This document shows, in pieces, positions 25,805-38,965 of a DNA stretch of 64,000 nt. The translations under genes were made by a program, and so were the position numbers. Every line of letters starts with the position of its first letter. The first letter of the stretch is position 1. Source of the DNA: Mobula hypostoma (lineage: Eukaryota); the NCBI RefSeq assembly GCF_963921235.1, contig NC_086097.1, forward strand, positions 34,908,001 through 34,972,000. Direction: 5' to 3'. A model generated the notes under the pieces. That model was not told the DNA's origin and did not search any database. It saw only the letters and a program-made list of their open reading frames with translations.

Positions 25805-26087
25805 ATTAAAGTCTGTCACGAGCCTTGTGGCCCATCAGGCCAGTGCTTATGCTGGTTTCCGTGGTGTGAAGCAACTGTAGGCTCCCCCCCCCCCCCCGGA
25901 TAGGACACCAGTCTATCGCGAGGTTAACCCCCAGCATTTTTGCTGGTACCCATTCTCAGCTGGGTAGACTGGAGCATTGTGTGGTTAAGTGCCTTGCTCA
26001 AGGACACACATGCTGCCTCGGCCAAGGCTTGAACCCATGACCTTCAGATCGCTAGTCCAATGCTCTAACCACTTGGCCACACGCCAC
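25805..26087 (-). mobile_element. tRNA-derived SINE with a conserved central domain (Meta/V-type)
   Basis: Minus strand: A-box TGGCCAAGTGG, B-box GGTTCAAGCC, then GTGTCCTTGAGCAAGGCACTT...AATGGGTACC...CCTCGCGATAGACTGG. Confidence 0.75.
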
Positions 26088-26224
26088 AAGATGTTGTTTA
26101 GCATATGTTTAAGGTTTTTTCTACTGGAGACAATACAGAGAAAGAGGTGGGGAAGGTGAAGGGTAAGTGAAAGAACTGGAGAGATTATATGACAATGGGA
26201 ATGAGGTGGGAAGTGAAAAAGGAT

Positions 26225-28617
26225 GGTAATAGGACATTGACTGATTGGCAGGAGGAAAAGAGTGGGAATAAAGGGAGCCTTTACTGGTTGGCTCCCAGTG
26301 ACTAGTGGTGCTTTACAGGGGTGTGTGATAGGACAGCTTCTTTTTACATTATATGTCAATGACTTGGATGGTGGAATTGATGGCTTCTGGGCTAAGTTTG
26401 TGGGCAATATGAAGATAGGTGGAGGGGCAGGTAATTTTAAGTACAGAATGATTTACACAGATTTGGAGAATGGTCAGAATTGCCAGATAGAATACAGTAT
26501 TGGGAAGTGTATAGTCATTCACTTTGGTAGAAGAAATAAAAGGGTAGACTACTTTCTAAATGGAGACAAATTTTAAAAATCTGAGGTGCAAAGGGACTTG
26601 GGAGCCAAGTCAAGTTTATTGTCATTTAACTCTATACATGTATACTGTCAAATGAAACAATGTTTTTTCGAACCAGGGTGTAAAGCACTGTATATACATA
26701 ACAAACATAACACAGAATCTTATCAAAGTAAGGATGAAATTTACAGATAGATTACACACAAAAGAACAAACCAATGTGTATAAAATAAGTATTACAAGGT
26801 ACAGAACAGATTAGTCAGTGACACTTTGAATGCAGTGCAGCAGGGAATTCAGAAGCCAAATGGTCTGAGGGAAGAGACTGTTTTCCATCCTGATTGTTCT
26901 TGTTTTTATGCACTGGAGTCTCCTGCCTGATGGTAGAAAGTCAAAGAGGAAGCTGGATGGATGGGTGGGATATTTAATAGTACTAAGGGCCCTGCGTACG
27001 CACCTCTGCTGATAAATGTCCCCAGTGGATGGTAGGGAGACCCAGCTTCCTTAGTCACCTTAGAAAGTGGAGACGCTGATGCCGCCTTGTTCAGGGAGGT
27101 GATATTAGGTGACCAGATGAGGTCATCCATGACGTGAACTAAAAGGAAGTTGGTGCACTTAAATCTCTCTATGGAAGAGCCATGTATTCACAGGGGGGGA
27201 TGGTTCATCTGCATCTTCCTGAAGTCTACAGTGATTTCCTTGGTCGTCTTCATGTTCAGACTTGGGCTGTTGTTCTTACACCAGTCCACCAGCTGCTCCG
27301 TTTCCTCTCTGTAATCTGACTCATCGTTGTTGATGAGGCAAAACACTTGTGCCATCCGCAAACTTGATGAGATGGTTTGAGCTGAATCCTGTGACACAGT
27401 CACACGTCAGCGTGTGAACAGCAGCAGGCAGTTGAGAAGTCCAGGATCCAGTTGTAGAGGGAGGTGTTGAGGACAGTTTCTGGGGTATGATGGTGTTAAA
27501 CGCCCAACTTGTCTATAAACAGCAGCCTGCCATATGATGCCTTGTTTTCCTGCTAGGACAGGACAGAGGTTATTGCATCATCAGTGGATCGACTTGAGTG
27601 ATAAGCAAACTAGAAACGGTCCAATGTAGCTGGAAGTTAGGCTTTAATGCACTCCATGACCAGCCGCTCAAGGCAGTTCATAGTAGTTGATGTTAATGCC
27701 ACTGGACGATGGTCATTTAGACAGGTTACTGTGACCTTCTTTGGAACTGGATTGATGGTTCCCGCCTTGAAAACCGAGGGGACAGTGGACTGTTCCAGAG
27801 AGATGTTGAATATATCAGCCAGCATCTTAGCTGGGCTGGGCAGTCTTTCATGTTATGTTATCGGACCCTGCAGCTTTGTATAGGTTGACTCTGGCCAGAG
27901 TCTTGCCTCACCTCACCTCTGCTTCAGCTATCCTCGTGAACAGTTTCATAAAGGTTAATTTGCAGATGGTGAGGAAGGCAAATGCAATGTTAGCATTCAT
28001 TTCAAGAGGACCAGAATGTAAAAGTAAGGATGTAATGTTGAGGGTTTATAAGGCACTGGAGAGGCCTCACATGGAGTTTTATGAGTAGTTTTGGGCCTCT
28101 TGTCTAAGAAAAGATGAGCTGACATTAGAAAGGGTTCAAAAGAGGTTCACAAAAATGACTCTGGGACTGAAGGGTTTGTCATATGAAGATGTTTGATGGC
28201 TCTTGTCCTCTACTCACTGGAATTCGGAAGAATGTGGGGTGACCTCTTTGAAACCTATTGAATGGTGTAAGGCCTTGATAAAGTGGATGTGGGAGAGGAT
28301 GTTTTTCTTTGGCGGGGGTGGGGGGGTGGGGATGGTCTAAGACCAGAGGACACAGCCTCCAAATAGAGGGTCATCCTTTTAGAATGGAGATGAGGAGGAA
28401 TTTCCTTAGCCAGGGAAGGGTGAATCTGTGCAGGCCAAGTGAGTGGGTATATTTCAGGCAGAGGTTGATAGATTATTGATTAGTCAGGGCATGAAGGGAT
28501 ACAGGGAGAAGGCAGGAGATTGGTGCTGAGAGGGAAAATGGATTAGCCACGATGAAATGGCCAAGTAGACTTGATGAGCCAAATGGCCTAATTCTGCTCC
28601 TATGTCTTGTGGTCTTA
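26225..28617 (+). mobile_element. CR1 3' fragment split by a Rex1-type LINE
   Basis: RT motifs at 26262-26576, resuming at about 27930 (MLAFISRG...RPHMEF); 3' tail at about 28615. Confidence 0.8.
26606..27925 (-). mobile_element. Rex1/Babar-type LINE, 5'-truncated
   Basis: [27 protein letters not shown] and NNDESDYREETEQLVDWCKNN..TKEITVDFRK; (CTTGA)n-type tail. Confidence 0.8.
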
Positions 28618-28658
28618 TTATTCTATTATTTTTATTTGCAAAGTTTGTCATCTGTTTG

Positions 28659-29304
28659 CAACACACATCAAAGTTGCTGGTGAACGCAGCAGGCCAGGCA
28701 GCATCTCTAGGAAGAGGTACAGTCGACGTTTCAGGCCGAGACCCTTTGTCAGGACTAACTGAAGGAAGAGTTAGTAAGAAATTTGAAAGTGGGAGGGGGA
28801 GATCCAAGATGATAGGAGAAGACAGGAGGGGGAGGGATGAAGCCAAGAGCTGGACAGGTGATTGGCAAAGGGGATATGAGAGGATCATGGGACAGGAGGC
28901 CCAGGGAGAAAGACGGGATGGGGGGGGGACCCAGAGGATGGGCAAGGGGTATAGTCAGAGGGACAGAGGGAGAAAAAGGAGAGAGAGAGAGAGAAAGAAT
29001 GTGTGTATAAAAATAAATAACGGATGGGGTACGAGGGGGAGGTGGGGCATTAGCGGAAGTTAGAGAAGTCAATGTTCATGCCATCAGGTTGGAGGCTACC
29101 CAGACGGAATATAAGGTGTTGTTCCTCCAACCTGAGTGTGGCTTCATCTTTACAGTAGAGGAGGCCGTGGATAGACAAGTCAGAATGAGAATGGGATGTG
29201 GAATTAAAATGTGTGGTTACTGGGAGATCCTGCTTTCTCTGGCGGACAGAGCGTAGGTGTTCAGCAAAGCGGTCTCCCAGTCTGCGTCGGGTCTCGCCAA
29301 TATA
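28659..29304 (-). mobile_element. 5'-truncated Penelope-like element: GIY-YIG endonuclease C-terminus plus terminal repeat
   Basis: YIGETRRRLGDRFAEHL...HFN...EEQHLIFRLGSLQPDGMN (29050-29304); 13-bp TSD TGTCATCT(G/T)TTTG at 28646 and 29305. Confidence 0.9.
28720..28757 (-). ncRNA. Hammerhead ribozyme motif with a G8>A core mutation (probably inactive)
   Basis: TAGTC-CTGACAA-AGGGTCTCGGCCT-GAAA-CGTC-GACTG. Confidence 0.65.
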
Positions 29305-29867
29305 TGTCATCTTTTTGGTTGCTTTGTTTAAGTACAGCTTCAATAAAATTATTTTCTAGTTTTTCCCGTAAATGCCCGCAAAAAAATAAACCTTAAGGTA
29401 GTATATAGTAATGTATATGTACTCTGATGATAAATTTGCTTTAAATTTGAACATGTAAAGTGGGAGAAAAGGTCAGTTGAAATGTTGTAAATGGAAGTAG
29501 TAGAATAATAGTCTGAAATGAAAAGCGAAAATGCTAGAAAACTCATCATTATTGAAATTATTGAACTCCAGTATTGAGTCCAAAAACCTGTCATAATCCC
29601 AGACAGAAGGTGAGATATTGTTTCTCAACCTACACCAAGCTTCATTAGAACAATGTGATCAGGGTGGAATTCGGGTGGACAATTTAAGTGGTAGGCAATT
29701 TGAAGATATAAATTAATTAATTTTTGCATACAGAAGTTTCTGCTGACATTCATTTATTCTGAAGTACTGAACCCAAAATGTAGGAGTTTTAGAGATTGAC
29801 TGATCTGAAAACTGTGACCCCAGCTGCAGAAAGAGTGACGACTTTGTAGAATAACTGGCCTCTGCCA

Positions 29868-30430
29868 TAGCCATCCTAAGCTCCCAGTTGCAAACCATTT
29901 AAACTTTTCTCCCTGTGCTCACATCGACTTGTCTGTCCATTGCCTCCTGCATTGGCATGGTGAGGACAAATACAAGCTAGAGGAACAGTAACTCATATTC
30001 TGCCAAAGTAGTCTACAGTCCAGTGGCGTGAATTCTGAATTCTCCAATTTCAGGTAACTTGCTCTAACTCTATTCCTTTCTCTTTCCTCCTGATCCATGT
30101 CGGTCATTTTGTATATCCCCTTCTTCCCAGCCCCAGCCCTCTTTGCTCTCCTTCAGCTGATCTGCGTATTACCCATACTAGCCAGTTGATCCCCTATTTT
30201 CTTCTCTCCCCCAACTGTTCCCCTTTTGTTATGCATTCCTCCCTTATCAGGTTTCACTCACAACCTTCCTTTCTTATCAGATTCCATAATCTATAACCTT
30301 GAGGAAAGGTCTCGGCCTAAAACGTTGACTGGTTGTTCATTTCTATAGATGCTGCCTGGTCTGCTGAGTTCCTCCAGTACTTTGTGTATGTGTTGCTTTG
30401 ATTTCCAGTGTGTGCAGACTTTCTCGTGTT
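29868..30430 (+). mobile_element. Older Penelope-like remnants (GIY-YIG C-terminus and decayed terminal repeat)
   Basis: Translates LPVANHLN..HIDLSVHCLL..KLEEQ*LIF..LQSSGVNSEFSNFR*, colinear with 29050-29304; decayed AGGTCTCGGCCTAAAACGTTGACTG at about 30307. Confidence 0.75.
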
Positions 30431-32261
30431 TACCTTTAGCCCTTTGTTGTTTTCTCAGCCTTTCTCGCTATCCCCACCCCTCCCTCTCCCACCTGGATCT
30501 ATCTGCCCATCAACCCCTCCTGGCTTGGATTCATCTCCAGCTACATCTCTATACCAGCTAAATACCCTTTACGTTCTCAGTCTGATGCAGGGGAATCCCT
30601 TTACTACCACAGATGCTGCTTGAACATTGAGTTCCTCTCGTAATCTGTTTCTTGCTCTAGATCCCAGCATCTATAACCTCATTATTGTTATTCACAGTTG
30701 AGGCATGGCTTCTCCCAAGATTTATAGGTTTAGATTTATCCCTAGATTTATTTCCCAACCTAAAAGTCCAGGAATTAATGGTATCAAAGGTTGTGGGGAG
30801 AAGGCAGGAGAATGGGGTAGAGACTGATAATAAATCAGCTATGATGCAGTGGTGGAGTAAACTCGATGAGATGAATGTTTTAATTCTGCTCTTATATCTC
30901 ATGGTATAATTCCAAGACCAATGTTCTACACCCTTCTCTGGAACAGCTGACCTTGAAACGGCAAATGACAGCTAAGGACCGAAGTAAGATTTGGCTCCCA
31001 GTTTAATTTGTATATTCTGTTCTATTCAGTGTGTGATAAGAAGGTGTCCGAATTCTTCAGGTAATTTGAAATCCTTTAAGATTCTGCAATGAGAAGGACT
31101 TGAGTGCAATAGACAGACTGTTTAAAGCTTGAGAAGAACAAAATTCCTTGGAGACAGAGGAGTCAGGCAGTTGTTCATTGGAGCTACATATACTCTGTTA
31201 TGGAAAACAAATAATATTCAGAGACAATAAATGGAATTGAATTGGTATTGGTTTATTATTGTAACATGGACCAAGATGTTTCTCTGGCATTGAAGCAGAA
31301 CAAGATAAAACAAATAACAATGCAGAATAAAGTGCAATAAAATGTAGCTTAGCATAGTTACGTAGAAAATCCTACAGCTCAATACGGGCCCTTCAGCCCA
31401 CAATGCTGTGCCAAACATGTACTTATTTTAGAAATTACCTAGGGTTACCCATAGCCTTCTATTTTTCTAAGCTCTATGTACCTATCCAAGAGTCTCTTAA
31501 AAGACACTACTGTATCTGCTTAATGAGGCACTCTCAGTTTGCGATTCATACCCATGGCATTCATGGTTTTCCTTCTGGTAAATTCCAATTTTGCAAATTT
31601 CCTTTTCCCCACTTCTGTTATCTGCTGACCTTCACTAACTCCATCATGATTAGTATCATGCGTACAGTGGTTGTTGAAATATAATATTTTTGGTATAGAA
31701 ACAAATGCTGTAGGTGATCAGTAACGTGGTGAGAGAAACTGCTTGTATTTCTCTCTCCAGATACTATTTTACTTTTCATATATGAAAGGTTCTATTTCAG
31801 ATTTCGGAAATGATGGTTTCCGCATTATTTTTCTCTGGCGCCTACTCTGGATCTTTAAAAACCTTATGGTGATATTAGTTTCTTGAAATTGGGAAAGGCA
31901 ACAGAAAAATTGCAGTCACTTTGGGGTAAAAAATACTCTAAGTGTTCATTTCTTTTTGCGCAGACTATTGATTTTGAAGATTATAAAAAAGATGTTTGCT
32001 TCCCCAATGCTGAAATCAGAGGCTTATTGTGAATATCTACTTTGATACTTATCAACGGATATGTAGAATCCGGTAGAAATGATTAGGACCAGATAGAAAT
32101 GATGTTAATTTAACAGACTGGGTGACCTTTCAAGAACTAATGGAAGTATTTCAAAGACTTGAACTTGCTTTAACTGGATTAGGTCATTATCTTTTCATCC
32201 AACTCGTTAAAAGAGTATTAGATATAAATTAAAGCCCCAGGATTAACTTGTAGCCTTTGAA

Positions 32262-32680
32262 TCATGAAGAAGACATGCCCGCGGCTCTGTTTCATTAGGA
32301 GTTTAAGGAGATTCAGTGTGTCACCAAAGGCTCAGACAAATTTCTTCAGATGCACCGTGGAGAGTATTCTGACTGGTTCCATCACTGTTTGGTATGAGAG
32401 GGTCCAGTGCACAGGATTTAAAAAAGCTACAGGGGATTGTAGACTCGGCCAGCTCTATCATAGACACTAGCTGAGGACATCGCCAAAGAAGGTGGCATCA
32501 ATCATTAAAGATCCTCACCATCTAGGGCATGCCTTCTTTTCATTACTACCATCACGGAAAAGATTCAGGAGCCTGAAGATGCATACTCAATGTCTTAGGA
32601 ACAGCTTCTTCCCCTCTGCCATCAGATTTCTGAATGGCCCTTGAACCCATCACATTACCTCACGATTTTGTTCTCTTTTC
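32262..32680 (+). mobile_element. Rex1-type LINE 3' fragment
   Basis: RLCFIRSLRRF...FFRCTVESILTGSITVWY motif. Confidence 0.7.
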
Positions 32681-33554
32681 TATCCATCTATCCATCCATC
32701 ACAACCATCCATCCATCATATCCAGCCGACATATCCATCTAGTTATCTGTCTAACTCATCTATTTTTAAATGTATTTTAATGCTGTCGTGCTCTGACTTT
32801 CATCCCTTAGCAGTCTACAGCCACATAGTTAACTGAGAAGCACAAGAGAAGAATCACCTCTTCTATAATTTGTTTCTTTTGTTGTCTTTTATCTGGTGCA
32901 TTTTACTGAATAATAATTGGGTGGGAAGTTGGACAAAAAGAAATAAAAAACATATTGATTTTTACCCCAGAAGACATTTTATCAAATGCATAGTTAACCT
33001 AAAGTATGGTAGATTAAATACAGCCACTGCTAAAATGTATTCAGTAATAACTGTGGACGGAAATAAAAAAAACCAATGTACATGCTTTCTTATTACATTA
33101 AATTTTAAACAGTTTTTGAAATACAATTACTAAAGAGCAATATGATGTCAAACAATTTGAATGCTGATATTTCTACATATGTAGCAATATGTTTGCTTAT
33201 ATTTTCTGTCATTGATGAAGTGTTCTGTGTACCTTTGGTAAATGCCATAGATTGACTGACAAATAATCACTGTTCTATTTGGCAGAAACTTACTTAAGTA
33301 AAGCAAGTAGGGACAGAGTAACCACAATCCACCTGAAGTTAAGAAGATGAGGTGGTGGACACAACTGCACATATTCTCCCCATACCTAAGGATGTGCTCA
33401 CCAACCACCGCAAAAATTGACAAATTTAAATTCCTGCATGTACCCATCCCGTATCAATACCACAAAGATCCCCTGTGGCAACTGTGAGCATCCATACCAG
33501 GCACTGTTCAGCTCCCACCCAACAAAAATCATCATGGTTCCTTCCTTCCCTTTT

Positions 33555-34750
33555 ATAGAACAAAGAACATTACAGCACAGTGCAGGTCATTCGGCCCACG
33601 ATGTTGTGCCAATATTTAACCTATTCCCCAATCTATCTGACCTTTCCCTCCTACATAGCCCTCCATTTTTATGTCACGTGCCCATCTATGAGCTTATTAA
33701 ATGTTCCTAATGAATCTGTCATTAGGTCAAGCTGTTCCACACAAACTCCATCCTCCATAAAGAGCTTACCTCTAAAATTTCCCCCATGCTCTTCTCTAAT
33801 CAGCTGGCTGGTGGCGCAGTGGCATCAGCGCTGGACTTCGGAGCGAAGGCTCCCGAGTTCGAATCCAGCCGGCTCCCTTGCACGCTTTCCATCTGTGCTG
33901 GGTTGAGTGTCGAGCTAGCAACTTGTAAAGATAAAGATGACGGCGTCCCGATGACTCCACTTGGAGTTAAGGGCTTTCTTCTTTCTTCTTTCCTCTAATC
34001 ACCTTAAAACTATATCCCCTTATATTGGCTATTTCCACCCTAGTTATCCACTCGATTTATGCCTCTTTCCTTGTACACTTCTCTCAAATCACCTCTTGTC
34101 CTCCCTTGCTCCAAAGAGAAAAGCCTTAGATCACACTTAACCTGTCCTGTTAAGACTTGCCCTCTAGTCCAGGCAGTACCCAGGTAAATCTCCTCTGCAT
34201 CCTCATCTAAAGCTTCCACAGCCTTCCTTTAATAAGGTGACCAGAACTGAGCACAATACTCCAAGTATGGTTTAACCAGGGGTTTATAGAGCTGCAACAT
34301 TACCTCATGACTCTTGAGCTCAATCCCTCCAACGAAGGCCAATGTACCATTAACTTCCTTAGCAACCCTATCAACTTGCGCGGCAACTTTGAGGGATCTA
34401 TGGATATGTACCCCAAGGTCCTTCTGTTCCTCAGCATTGCCAAGAATCCTACCATTAACCCTGTATTCCACCTTCAAATTGAATCACTTCACACTTTTCT
34501 GAGTCAAACTCTTTCTGCCACTGCTTAACCCAGATCTGCATGCTGTCAATGTCCCACTGCAATCTACAACCCTCCACACTATCCACGACCCCACCATTCT
34601 TTGTGTCATCAGCAAACTTCCTAACCCATCCATCCATCTTCTCCTCCAAGTCATTTATAAAAATCACAAAGAGCAGGGGTCCTAGAACAGATCCTTGCAG
34701 AACATCACTAGTCACTGACTTCCAGGCACAATATGTCCATCTACTACCAA
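33555..34750 (-). mobile_element. 5'-truncated CR1 LINE
   Basis: [24 protein letters not shown] and KPYLEYCAQFWSPY on the minus strand. Confidence 0.85.
33803..33992 (+). mobile_element. Complete tRNA-derived SINE inserted into a CR1
   Basis: A-box TGGCGCAGTGG, B-box GAGTTCGAATCC, (CTTTCTT)n tail; 9-bp TSD CTCTAATCA at 33794 and 33993. Confidence 0.9.
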
Positions 34751-34784
34751 CGACTGAAGTGAAATCAAATCATTAAAGAGGAGA

Positions 34785-37700
34785 GAGTCCTAAGGAGGTT
34801 CACAAGGATGATTCTGGGAGTGAAGGGGTTAACATATGAGGAGTGTTTGGCAGCTTTGGGCCTGTACTCACTGGAATTTCGAAAAATGCGTGAGGATCTC
34901 ATTAAAACCTACCAAATGTTGAAAGGACTAGGTGAGGTGGATGTGGAGAGGAGGTTCCTTCTGGTGGGGGTGTCCAGAACTAGAGGGCACAGGCTCAAAA
35001 TTGAGGGTTGACCTTTTAGAACAGAAGTAAGGAGGAATTTTTTTTAGCCAAAGAGAATCTGCGGAATGCTCTGCCACAGGCTGCAGTGGAGGCCAAGTCC
35101 GTGAGTATATTTAAAGCGGAAGTTGATAGATTCCGGATTGGTCCATACATCAAGGGATATGGTGAGAGGGCAGGTGTATGGGGCTAAATGGGATCCGGAA
35201 TCAGCTGTGATGAAATGGTGGAGCAGACTCGATGTGTTGAATGGTCTAACTCTGCTCCTATGTCTTATGGTCTTATAGGTGATGTAGGATCGGAAGGTGT
35301 AGAATCCTTGTGGGTAGAGCTAAGAAACTACAAGGGTAAAAAGACCCTGATGACAGTAGCCAGGATGTGGGCTACAAATTGTAACAGGAGATAGAAAAGA
35401 CATGTCCAAAGGGCAATGTTATGATAGTGATGGGGGTTTTCAATATGCAGATAAATTGGGGAAATCAGGTTGGTGCTGGATCTCAAGAGGGGGAATTTTT
35501 GAATGCCTATGAGATGGCTTTAAAGAGCAGCTCATGGTTGAGCCCACTAGGGGAAAGCTATTCTGCATTGGGTATTGTGCAACGAACTGGAATTAATTAT
35601 AGCGCTTAAGGTAAAGGAACCCTTAGGAAAACGTGATCAGAATATGGTAGAATTCAACTTGCAGTTTGAGAGGAAGAAGATAAAGTCAGATGTACCAGTG
35701 TTAGAGTGGAGTAAAGGGAATTACAGAGGCATGAAAGAAGAGCTGGCTGAGGATGATTGGAAGGGGACTCTAATGCGGAGGTTGGCAGAGCAGCAATGGT
35801 TAGAATTTCTAGCAGCAGTTTGGAAGGCTCAAGGTAAATACATCCCAAAGAGGAAGTATTCTAAAGGCAAGACGACGCAACTGTGGCTGACAGGAGAAAT
35901 CAAAACCAACATAAAAGCCAAAGAGTGAGAGAGTAAAAAAATAATGGGAAGTTAGAGGATTGGAAAGCTTTTAAAAACAACCAGAAGGCAACTAGAAAAG
36001 TTAGAAAGAGGGAAAAGATGGAATAAGTTAGCCAATAATATTAAAGAGTATATCAAAGTTTCATCAGAGATATAGAGTGAAAGAGAGATGAGAGTAGATA
36101 TCGGACCACTGAAAAATGATGCTGGAGAGGGAGTAATAGGGGACAGGGAAATGAGTATTTTGCATCAGTATTCAGTGTAGAAGACTCTAGCAGTGTACAG
36201 AAGTTTGAGGGTGTCAGGGGGCAGAAGTGAGTGAAGTTGCCATTACTAGAGAGAAGGTGCTCGGGAAGCTGAAGAGTCTGAAGGTAGATAAGTGTCACCT
36301 GGACCAGAAGGGCTACACCACAGGGTTCTGAAAGAGGTGGATGAAGGGATTGTGGAGGCATTAGTAATGATCTTTCAAGAATCAATTGATTCTGTCATGG
36401 TTTCGGAGGACTGAAAAAATGTAAATGTGACTCCACTCTTCAAGAAAAGAGAGAGGCAGAAGAAAGGAAATTATAGGCCAATCAGTCTGACCTCAGTGTC
36501 TGAGAATATGTTAGAGTTGATTGTTAAGGATGTGGTTTCAGGATACTTGGAGGCACGTGATAAAACAGGCAGTAGTAAGCATGGTTTCCTCAAGGGAAAA
36601 TTTTGCCTGATAAATCTGTTGGAATTTTTTAAAGAAGTAACAACCAGGACAGACAAAAGTGAATTGCTTGGTGTTGTGTACTTCGATTTTCAGAAGGCCT
36701 TTGACATGAGGCTGCTTAACCATCTAGGAGCCCATGGTATTACAGGAAAGATTCTACCATGGATAAAGCAGTGGGGGATTGGTAGGAGGCAAGGACTGGG
36801 AATAAAGTGAGCCTTTTCTGATTGGCTGCTGGTGACTAGTGGTGCTCCACAGGGATCTGTGTTAGGACTGCTTCTTTTTATATTATATGCCAATGATTCG
36901 GAAGATGGAATTGATGACATTTTGGCCAAGTTTGTGGACGATATGAAGATAGGTGCAGGGGCAGTTGGTGCTGAAGAAGCAGAGGGACTTGGGCAGATTA
37001 GGAGAATGGGCAAAGAAGTGGCAGATGAAATAAAGTACTAGGAAGTGTATGGTCATGCACTTTGGTAGAAGAAATAGATTATTTTCTAATTGGAGAGAAA
37101 ATTCAAAAATCCACAGTGCAAAGGGACTTGGCAGTCTTTGTGCAGGATTCCCTAAAATTTAATTTGTAGGTTGAGTTGGTGGTGAGAAATGCTATTGCAG
37201 TGTTAGCATTCATTTTGAGAGGATTAGAATATAAAAGCAAGGATGTAATGTTAAAGCTTTATAAGGCACTGGTAAGGCCTCACTTGAAGTATTATGAGAA
37301 GCTTTGGGCCCCTTGTCTAAGAAAGGATGTGCTGACATTGGAGAGGGTACAGAGGAGGTTAATGAGAATGATTCCAGGAATGAAAGGGTTACTTTATGAG
37401 GGCCAATTGATGGTTCTGGGACTGTACTCACTGGAATTCAGAAGAATGCAGGGGGATCTCATTGAAACCTATTGAATGTTGAAAGGCCTAGATAGAGTGG
37501 ATGTAAAGAGGACGATTCCTATGATGGAGGAGCCTAGGACCAAAGGGCACAGCCTTGGAATAGAAGGATGTCCATTTAGAATGGAGATGAGCCAGAGAGT
37601 GGTAAATCTGTGGAATTCGTTGCCATGGGGAGCTTTGTAGGCCATGTCATTGGGTATATTTAAGTTAGAGGTTGATAGGTTCTTGATTAGTCAGGGCATG

Positions 37701-37827
37701 AAGGGTTATGAAAGAAAGCATGAGATTGGAGCTGAGGCGCAAATGGATCAGCCATGATGAAATGGTGGAGCACACACGATGGGGCCAAATAGCCTAATTC
37801 TGCTCCTACATCTTACTGGCTTATGGT
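34785..37827 (+). mobile_element. CR1 3' fragment (34785-35277) followed by a long decayed CR1 ORF2 (35278-37827)
   Basis: APE remnants; GNYRPISLTSV, KFVDDMKI and ERVQRR motifs; two 3' tails. Confidence 0.85.
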
Positions 37828-38267
37828 TCTACCATCCCCTGCCTTCTGTGGGCAAGCTAATTCTGTATCCACACAGCCAATTTTCCCTGTCTCCCCTGTT
37901 TATGTTGGATCTTCCTCTACCACAACTGGAAAACCAAGGTTCAAGGCAGCTCACCGCCAACTCCTTGCCAGGCATGATCACACAAGGTAAATGATTTTAA
38001 AAAACTAAACAAAAACTAATCCCGTTTTGAAGCTGGGATCAAATAGCACACAAGATAGCAGGGTGTTCGTTGTGGTGAGAGACTAAGAATGGGCTTGTCA
38101 GTTAAAGAACTTAATCTGTGCTTTTTGTCTTTCAACTAGTTAGCCAAGCCTTAGTTCACCTAGTACAGTGAATGATCTCATACTGAATTGTGTAATTATA
38201 TCCGGATAACTCACTATAATTATTTAATTATTTTCTGTGTTCGTATCGACAGGAATGACCACAATTT

Positions 38268-38487
38268 GAATAATAATAGTAATAATAGGCATCCGTTAGT
38301 CTCATGAGACCATGGATTTGCACCTTGGAAGGTTTCCAGGGCACAGGCCTGGGCAAGGTTGTATGGAAGAGCAGCAGTTGCCCATGCTGCAAGTCTCCCC
38401 TCTCCACGACACCAATGTTGTCCAAGGGAAGGGCATTAGGGCCGATACAACTTGGCACCGGTGTCATCGCAGAGCAGTGTGTGGTAT
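38268..38487 (-). mobile_element. 5'-truncated SINE-like element with (ATT)n tail
   Basis: AAT-repeat tail on +; the right end (GAGCAGTGTGTGGT) matches the central part of the SINE at about 25975. Confidence 0.55.
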
Positions 38488-38499
38488 AATGGTATTATG

Positions 38500-38965
38500 G
38501 CAACAACCTTTCCCCTCAGTGTCAGCACAACAAAGGTACTGGTCATTGGCTTCAGGAAGGAGCAGCACACATGCCCCTGTCTACAGCAGTGGTGCTGAGG
38601 TTGAGGGAGATGAGAGCTTCAAGTTCCCAGGGATGAACACCACCAGTAGCCTGTCCTGGTCTACCCACATTGACACCACAGCTAAGAAAATGAATCAATG
38701 CCTCTACTTCCTCAGGAGCAAACAAAATTTGGCATGACCTCCTTGATCCTCATCAATTTTTTTATCATTATATCATAAAAAGCATCCCGTCTGGATTGAT
38801 TTGGCAAATGATGTGCTCATGATTGTAAGACACTGCGGAGAGTTGTGGATACAGCTCAGCTCATTGTAGAGACTAGTCTCCCCTCCATAGACTCTGTCTA
38901 CACTGCCACTGCCTCAGTAAAGCAGCCAGCATCATCAATGACCTCACCCATCCTGGGTATTCCCT
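38500..38965 (+). mobile_element. Rex1-type LINE fragment
   Basis: SFKFPG...LSWSTHIDTTAKKMNQCLYFLR motif. Confidence 0.65.

Noticed and set aside
29305..29343. N-terminus MKLYLNKATKKMT of the GIY-YIG ORF
   Set aside because: It derives from the TSD and flanking DNA outside the element
30296..30332. Additional functional hammerhead on +
   Set aside because: Both core boxes are decayed (TTGAGGA, AAAA) and stem I is lost
33803..33875. tRNA gene
   Set aside because: The A/B boxes belong to a SINE head with a tail and TSD; no convincing cloverleaf. The same applies to 14459 and 26087.
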